DNA of 64,000 nucleotides from Laetmonice hystrix (lineage: Eukaryota): positions 11,098,001-11,162,000 of the forward strand of contig OZ249436.1 of assembly GCA_965235115.1 (NCBI GenBank), written 5' to 3'. Positions within the stretch are counted from its first letter, which is position 1, and every line of letters begins with the position of its first letter. The notes beneath the pieces were generated by a model. That model saw nothing but the letters and a program-made list of their open reading frames with translations, did not search any database and was not told the DNA's origin. The position numbers and the translations under genes are program-made. Positions 54,001 through 63,000 of the stretch are shown piece by piece.

Positions 54001-57000
54001 TACGCCCCTATAGGCTGGTTAACAAATGCTTAACCGTAACTTTGCCCTTTACATTTCATAAATCAAGACAATGGAAATTGTGAGTATGACTTCAGTACCT
54101 TCCTCTAGCAAGCTAAGGAAATGCCCTGTGAGGAACAAATTAAAACCGTTTAGAGAAAGCCTGTACATTAACCGGACAGCATGACATTCTTTCCGACCTG
54201 GGTTTCAGTTTTCAGACATCCTCGGCTCTTGTCAGTATTTTTAAGCAACACTGTCATTCATCCTGGAAAACCCCCCATTGCGATTCCTATTTTAGTTTGG
54301 TGACCTTCCAATCTTTCTTCATCAAGTAAAAGAGGCGAGGAATTTAAAAGGAAGAACTCAAGATAGCATGATTTCAATAATATCATTTTGTGATTATTTT
54401 TTTAACTCTGTCAGTTACCACTTGGTGTTCGGGTTTGTTCACCACGCTGGAAAAAAGTTCTTTTTTCTTTGTTCAAGTTTGGCTGAAGATTACTTTCTCA
54501 TGTATAATATACCTGTCTCTGGAACGAGTTCTATATTGACACGTAATTGTGATCGATATTCGCATATTTTGTAGACTGCTCTCGGGTGTGTGTCCTTGGT
54601 GTGTTGGATGTGTGTTTGTGTGCTTTTTATTATTTTTTAAGGTGGGGGTGCTTGAAACCTCGGTATCAGAAATTCTCAGTTTTTCTACTTAGGCTATGAC
54701 AGTCTTTGGTTTACTGAGAATAAGTAAATGGGTGTTTTTATTCTGTAATATTGAACCCTGGCGTCTTAATATTTACGTCGGAAACGGACAATGAATCTGA
54801 GATTATCAACCGAAGGTTTTAGTTGTTTCTGTGTAACATCCTTGATAAATGATACCTTAAATATGTTTTCCAAAAGCAGACCAAAAACAGAAAAAAAACC
54901 TGCCAGTCTGGTCTAAATGTTTTTGCGTGGTCACCATAGCATGTATGAACGGCTTGGTGGGGTCAATTATCTCTGTCTCTGCTCTCAACAACTAATGTTT
55001 CCTTCTGCCTGTGGACTGTGTGTTGTCGAGTTTTCCGAACTTTTTCACAACCCTGGTGACAAGGATTTAAAATGAGACGAACGGAAGAATTCCTGTCTTT
55101 AGCCAGAATTAGAAGAATCTGATTCAGAAGGTGTGTTTCTTAATGAAGGTCTGCACCATCAAATTCTAGGAACAAACTAAATGAAGAGTCTAACTTTTGT
55201 TTTTTTTAAGGGCTAGATGCCTTTACGTTTTTCGATAAGAAAGCCGTATTTGTAAAGCTTGGACCTTCAATGGAAAATCAGTCGTTTAAAAATAAGAAAC
55301 TATTAAATGGGTAGATTTTTAAAATTTTGTTACTTGATGCAGGAATCTTTCATCGACTCTACCAGGAAAATATGTAGGAAAATTCCATTTGGTAGTGGCA
55401 ATAAGTACATATAGGATAGATGAAGCTTCAGAATACTGGGTACTGGTACTAGAGTAAATGTTGTTCGTGTCATTATACCGACCATATACCAGGGCCGTTT
55501 ACAAAGTGAACCAGAACATTTTACCGTGCGTGGCTTGACTCTGAGTTAAATGTGATGCCGTGTCGTCCAAGTCACCCTCTAAGGTAAGATAGACAACTGG
55601 AATGTCATCTCCCCCAGTTGAAGATTGCTCACTGGAACCATCACGTTCACACCAAGCGGTCACACACTATCCTGACACCTGTCATCTTTACAATCACTAA
55701 ATCCTCAAATAAAACATTTCAAATCAAATCAATATTATTATAGGAAGGGTTTTAGTCTAAGATGTATGCACTAGTAAGGAGTCCAAACGGTTGCAGTGAG
55801 AAGAAACTGCAGCACTTGCAGGGACCCACTACTGGCACCTCTTATTGCAAATATGCCTTAGCAATGGTAGACCCCTCTCAGAGTGGTATAAGCCTCCCCT
55901 GACGAGCAGCCTTATCCCTGCTCGGGTGTGATGTGGGGACGGTAACGTCCCTACCATGCACCCCACTACCCACAGCGTCCTGGAGTGATGGACAGGTCCT
56001 GGAGGACGAACAGGAGGAGCCTCCCGCTCCGGGAGCCACAGTGGGGACCATGTCGCAAAGCCCGTTTATGTATACCTCTCTGACGGGCGTGCGTATCCAT
56101 GGCTAAGACAAATTAGCAAGAGGAGTTACCTGTAGTGAGACCTACAAACCTGGGCTCCTTGCCGGTGCATACACCTGTAGGCGACCTTCAATTTAATAAC
56201 TACAGTGATTTATCGTCACCGGTGACATGTTTTGACCAGTGATGGTGGTGATGAGCAGTTTCGGTTATATATGGACGGATGTTTTATGTGTTCTGTGTGA
56301 CCGACATGGTGATCATTCCCAGGAGTCGTCCCCCCCACCGGCCAGCTGGACGCTATAGGGGACGACCGGACGGTCATAGTGACCTGAAGGCTGTCTCCTC
56401 GTCCAGTGTCGCAGGTCTCTGTCGTGATTTGTCATTGCTGTTCACTATGACGTGTGTGTTTCCATTGTAGAGAGAGCCACTGTGAAATTGAGCGGCGCCG
56501 CCGCAATAAAATGACGGCGTACATAAACGAGCTTTGCGACATGGTCCCCACATGCTCAACTCTCGCCCGAAAACCCGACAAGCTCACTATCCTTCGTATG
56601 GCCGTTTCACATATGAAAAACATGAGAGGTAACGCCATACTGTTGTACTCTAGTGGCGCCATTTTGAACCTGGGTCCACTCTACCATATTACACCCCCTG
56701 CCATCCTGCTGCTTGTTTCCCCCCGTTCTCTTTCTTTCTTCCTTTTTTTTAATTTTTTATATTTTTTTTCTCCAGTGGGACATTTTTTCTAACCCTTGGA
56801 CAGCACTAGAGCCTCCATCGGTCAGTCACTGAGCCAGTAGCAGCCTTAAACGCATGATGCTAGCCGTCGCCTTTCGTTGCCAAGCCTGTTTGCCATTAGC
56901 CATTCAAATGGTCACCTGGTTGTAATGTCGGTGTGAGGATGGAAACAAACATGTTTCATTCAGTGCAGTGCCACTCTGTCAGAACTATGTAGAATTATGC

Positions 57001-60000
57001 TCTGTTATTTTCTCAGAAGTACATCAATAGCTTCCTGGAAACCAAAACGTCTATGTCGAGGTCATTTGGAATCTCCATTTCTTTGCCCAGACATTGCCTT
57101 GAATCTTGATCACAAATACAAACAAAACTGAATACGTTACTCTTCTGTCCTGTTGCCTTGGATGCATTTTGATCGTATTTTTCAAAAGACATGCCTTTTC
57201 TTCTTTTATATTTTTATATTTGACTCTAAAATGGATTCTTGGACGAAACACACGTCGATGTATCCCATATAAACCAGGTGGCCATTTAAGATGGAGGCCA
57301 TTAATTTCGGTGCATCTAATACCTTCTCTCCTGCAGCGGTCTGTTCCACTTTGTATCATCAGTGAAACCACTACCCTCATGGCCCCGTCCTTCCTCCCAC
57401 AAACTATCGCGACCACACGTCTCGGGAGACGAGAGCGAGAGAGAGAGAGAGAGCAGGAGTACCGACCCAGTTGCTGACGCAGTTCTGCGACCTGTTTTCC
57501 TCTTGTAGGGAGAGCCATTGTGAGATTGAAAGGCGTAGACGTAGCAAGATGGCCACTTATGTTAATGAGTTGTGTGACATGGTCCCAGCATGTAGCACGC
57601 TCGCTCGAAAACCAGATAAACTCACGATTCTTCGTCTGGCCAACGCCCATATGAAAGTACTTCAAGGTAATGTAATACGATGTAACGTAACCATGTTTTG
57701 ACTGAATGATCATCGTCATTGATTGCCGCACCGTGTGCCGTCGCAACACGTGATTGGCTGTTTGGTGTTTGGCTCCAGAGCCTCACTTTCAGCTACTGTG
57801 GTTATGACTCTTTCAACTGACTGTCCACGTTGCACCGTCACTGTCTTGACTCTCGCTCTACAAAACTATGGGCAGTGTGCTCAAGAGTTGCCAACGCTTC
57901 CATGCCCACCTGCTTCCACAATATCCGCATTTTACATATTCATTTCTTTATTGAAAGAAAATAAAGTTTGCTTTCCTAGAAAGATGGACCCAGTCAGTTG
58001 GCAGCTCTATGAACTTTCTCAGCTCTCTGCACAGTTCCAACAGCTATTGGGTGCACGCACTCTGGTCTCTGCCCCCTCCCACTCCACCCGAACTCTCAAT
58101 GTGTTTGTGTCACAACACAGTCTTCAAAACACTACTGCCAGCAACTTTACCGAATCCCAGGACGGAAAATTTGCAGTGCCATGTTGGCAGTGGAGAGCCC
58201 TCAAAGGTTTAAAAAGGTCACTGTGCCTCCTATATGCTTTACGTCCCCTGAAGGATTGCCGCCATGCAACGCAAGCTACAATGTATATGTACTATTGATA
58301 GCATAACATTTACGTCGATTCTAAAATATGTATGTCAGATGGAAAAATATAGAGCTCAAAAATAATATAGATGTTTTCCACAAAACAGTTGAGTGCCCAG
58401 CAGTTTAAATAAAGACCGATGAATTGGTTGAAGTCTGAACCCCAACTTTAAAACAGATTTTCAGAGGCCGAAATTGGTTCAGTAAAGTACAATAGGCAGG
58501 TGAATGTATTGATAAGAGAGTATTTCATTGAATCCTTTCCAAGAGGCAGAGTTATAATGCTGTAGCATGTAGATGACTGGTCGGTTGACCGTATCCCCGT
58601 TTAGAAATGTCGTTGTAACTGGATGATGGTGAGAACATATTGTAACCGAAGGACATTCGTGTGAGATTCGTACACCAGGTTAACCTATCAGAAGTTCTCG
58701 CCAATTCTCACGAAATAATATTCAAATGAAGTGCAGATTTCCAAAGCTCATGATCCTCGTAAAGTACAGGGGGCGGGGAATTATGTGGTCACGAAGTTAT
58801 TATATTAAACTAATTAGTGTTGGTCGTAAAATATTTTATGTGATTTTGATCAGCGAGTAGAAGACAATGCTGAGCTATGACTCATCACTTGGGAATGGCT
58901 GAGGGGAGTGATCCTGGTTTCTGATGGTATACGCTATCCTGAGGATAATTTTTATCTTATGTCTCTAGCACATCCTATGGAGGTTGTTTCAGTGTTCATA
59001 TATACTCTCGAACCTTTCTAAATCAGTATAGAAGAAGATAAACCTTGCAATACCTGGGACATCGTGCTTAGTCAACGCTGACATAAAAACAACTCATTAG
59101 GAATTCTGAAGAAATATTAAAGAAACAGTTGGGAAAGCCGTGACGAGTTTTTTTTTAGGAATTATCATCCTGAGTACGGAACCCATAAATGTATTCCTGT
59201 TTGATGTAATGTTTATTTATGTACTTCCCAACTTATTGATATTTGGTCCATCCCCGAGTTTGTAAGAACAGGAAGGACAACGAGATGTAGCAATAATTTA
59301 TGATGCGTCCGTTTTATATGCTGGAATACAGACATGACAGTGGAAGTTACAGGAGAGTTTGAAAAGTAAATATGTCAACCCTTGACCTACCAATGTAAAT
59401 TAGAAACCAGTTTCGTTCTGGCTTCATATTCTGATGTGAATTGGCTCGAGAACTTGACCTTGTTCAGTGTTCTATACTGCTGGGAAAATGAGCTTGGGAG
59501 ATATTTTAGCGAGTGCCAGACATTGTGTAAGATTTGCGAGGGCGTTGTTTCGGAGTTGTGACCATCCGTAATGCTGTCTGTATGAGAAGTGGTGTTGACA
59601 GACCGAGGAGGAACGAATGACGGAATGACAAAGATTCAACACTAACACGTCCCCAGTGAACCTGACCTCCTCAATCCCCGCGTCCGCCATAGCTTTAGTC
59701 GTCCTGTAGTAGACCTCCACTGGTAGCGGTTCCTACTAAACTAGTTGTCGTCGCTTGCCGTCGGCTCCTGCAGCTTGCCACGGTTCCCAGTTGTCGCACC
59801 CAGTAGCAGCACGGCGCTCACCAATGTCTTCACATATCATTGTTACGTAGATATTTCTTTCAGTGTCCGTCCTTGATTTGTTTCCAGGTCATTTGGATGT
59901 TGATGATGCATTGCTGCACCCTGTAAAGGCAGTAGTAGACCGTCTTCCCTGGATCTCCTCTATTTTTTTCCTGCTGTTGCCATTCTGCTTTGTCAGTACT

Positions 60001-63000
60001 TGTAGTTTGTGGGGACTTTCTGGGTGCATTGAATTAACACCTGCCTCGATTTCACTGCCATTGACGCCAGAATAAACAAACATTAACGTGGTGTAAGGAG
60101 ATCCGTCTATACTCCACTGGGACAGGGTTGAACCAAGGATGCTGTTCCATCCCTACCCTCCCTCCCCCACCATCCACAGTATCCCGTTTCTATGAAAAGG
60201 TTCCATTGATGATACAGAATGCAACAAGCACGGTGCCAAAATGTAACGTTACTTCCAAATGACGCGGTTTACCATTCTATGTCTTAACTTCTGTGCATGC
60301 ATTTTGTTTGGTTTCTGATTCACAGCCTGTTTTAATCCAGAATCTGGAACTTTTTCACATCCTACATTTTTATCATCTCCCCCCCCCCTTCTTTTCGCAA
60401 GAATAAGGCATGCATCCATAGTTGTGATTTTACCGCGTCAATCATTTTCGAAAAATTGCCAAACTATATATTTTTTAAGCTTTTTCCCCCTATCTTTTCA
60501 ACATTTGAACGGAAGTGTTTGTCTTAACATGGAAAAAAGGTTTTGTCGCCAACTGTGAAGGAGATAAGCTCTTCTTATCACTTAAATCTTAGTCAGCTAT
60601 TACTTATTTTTACTAAAAAGAATTAATTTTGTTCCACATCGAAATGCGCCGCTTTTAAGTTTTGTATCATTGTCTAGCAAAACTGGAAAGTATGCTGGAA
60701 AGCAACAAAGCGAAACTAAAGATTCTTTTGAAAGATTCTTTTTTTTACCGATTTCTGAAATCAAAACTGTTAAACTCAGCGTCCGATTGTTGAAAAACAA
60801 AAGAGTCTCAGCAAACAATTCCATTTCTGTTGTTTCTGATTAATTCTGAAGATTGAAATCTCTACCTGTTCCATGGTGAAACTAATATAGATTGAGAATC
60901 AGAACCGTCTTTGTGTGAGGGGAAGAAAAGAAAAAGTTGACAAATCATCCACATCACCGCAACTGTATCACGGCTTATTGTGTTTGATAGCCCTGGAAGC
61001 ATGTTATATTGTCCTGGCGATGGCTATTTGGATGGAGCAACTTGAAGCCGTGTTACCATAACGTGTGTCTTTGTTTGCTAATTGCCCCCATTGGATACTT
61101 AGGAACAGGAAACACCAGTACAGATGGTTCATACAAGCCTTCCTTCCTCACTGATCAAGAGCTAAAACACCTCATATTAGAGGTAAGTGCGTCAAAGTTT
61201 GAGGGGAGATATCGAACATGTCAGATGACACTGATTAATTCTATTATTGTTGACACTTTTGTTTTAAACTTCACATCAGAATAAAGCCGCGCATACACTT
61301 TGTTAAATGAAGTTATTCTGAAGACAAAACAAATCTTTAAACATACCAGACAGGTGCAAAAATTGGGCGACTTTTACTTTGAGAACAGGAATGTTGTTTT
61401 TTGAGTAGTCTGTTCCGTTGAGTTACCCATACTCGCCTGGCTTCTTGTAAAATATCAAATGTGACTTCCTTTCAAATAAATAATTGAGCTATATTTTCAG
61501 CCTATGCGTTTTCATTGCCGTTTATATATACTTTACAAAAGTATCTGTAGGATAGTGACAAGTGGCTAGGTGAAGCTAAGGTGGCTTTTAGAACCTTTTA
61601 GGTAAAATAAAAAATCCGTTGGACCAGAATGTTACAAGTGGAGAAATTCATGAGCGAGACTTGTCGAGTGGATGGTGTGCGTCCATATGAAGTACGCACA
61701 CAGGTATCGAGTAATGACAAGATCAGGGTAACACGATCTGAATGCACTGCTCACCGCCAGATGGCAGCACCGGTATTACTCAAACGTCCAGCGGTCTATG
61801 GCATGGGCACCGTAACTCTTGCTTGGCGAGGATTTAAAGAAATAAATTTGAAAACAAAAGAAAAGATTTTTCATACATTTGGCACCCAAATCCTACAAAA
61901 CCAGTTGGCATTATGAAGAGTCAATTAGGTGCCGTATTTTATATTGAGAACTTTAGTACATGTATTTGGTGAACCTGACGATCAGCTTAATGCTGTCTGA
62001 GATTAAACCCATGGGGGAAGGGGTCACAGTGTGTGACACCCAGTGGGTCCCAATGATTGACAGATGTTGTGACCGGTTGCACCTATTTTTGTTTGCAGGC
62101 TGCGGACGGTTTCCTGTTCGTAATCCAGTGTGACACTGGGCGTGTTATTTATGTGTCGGACTCGGTAACACCAGTCCTCAACCAGACACAGGTGGGTAAT
62201 ACAATCAGAGAAACTTCTCAGACGGCTTTATATCTTCGTATGTACAGCAAACAAAGAATGATAACCAATGCTATCTTATTTATTAATTAATATGACAGGA
62301 AATGTGTGAATATTGGAGGGCAAGGTGCTCAGTGACGTGAATGTTGCCTTTTCTCACTGATTAATTACTGATTAATGTGAGGTGTATAGGTTTGGATGAA
62401 AAAGATATTGATCTTTGAGAATTGTTATAGTCATCCTCAGACCTGCATCAGACAGATCCATACGTAACGTGTACAGACAGACATCTAAGAAAAGGACTTT
62501 GAAGGTCAACGTGTGTCGTTTAACTGTTGAGAAACTTGTTTTTCAGTCTGACTGGTTTGGCAACAGCCTTTATGAGCTAGTCCATCCGGATGATATAGAG
62601 AAATTGAGAGAACAGCTCTCTACCTCTGAGTCCCAGAACACGGGTCGGATCCTCGATCTGAAGAGTGAGTGGTCAACCCGTCGGCAACCTGAGCCGAGTA
62701 AAACGGGTTTACAACTATACCTATCTTATTTAAAGTTGTCCACATAGTGATATTTTGTATTCATTGCTTCTCTATGGGAGGGATATGATTTTGATGTTGT
62801 TCTCGTACTGTGTTGTACAAAAACGGGAGGGACGTCCCACTACATGTCAAGAACGATGAACGCACCAAAATTCCACTTGGGGTCGGGGGGAATTAAACAC
62901 TTCCCGTTGTTTGTGAAGATTTGAGCGTGTAAATTGGAATTATATTATTGATTTTTCTCATGCGTTTTTTTTTACCGAGTCAATTTGTTTTGTTGTTGTA

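Noticed and set aside
57051-57749. 232-aa minus-strand ORF
   Set aside because: Antisense shadow of bHLH exon 4b plus a GA-repeat; no independent coding features.
57432-57859. AGAGCGAGAG (57432-57441) pairing with CTCTCGCTCT (57850-57859), which would loop out exon 4b
   Set aside because: Only 10 bp of low-complexity GA/CT sequence, so a chance match is likely.
59472-59690. MADAGIEE... ORF as a nested gene start
   Set aside because: It abuts a decayed RTE-like LINE fragment, has no recognisable domain, and I found no downstream exons.
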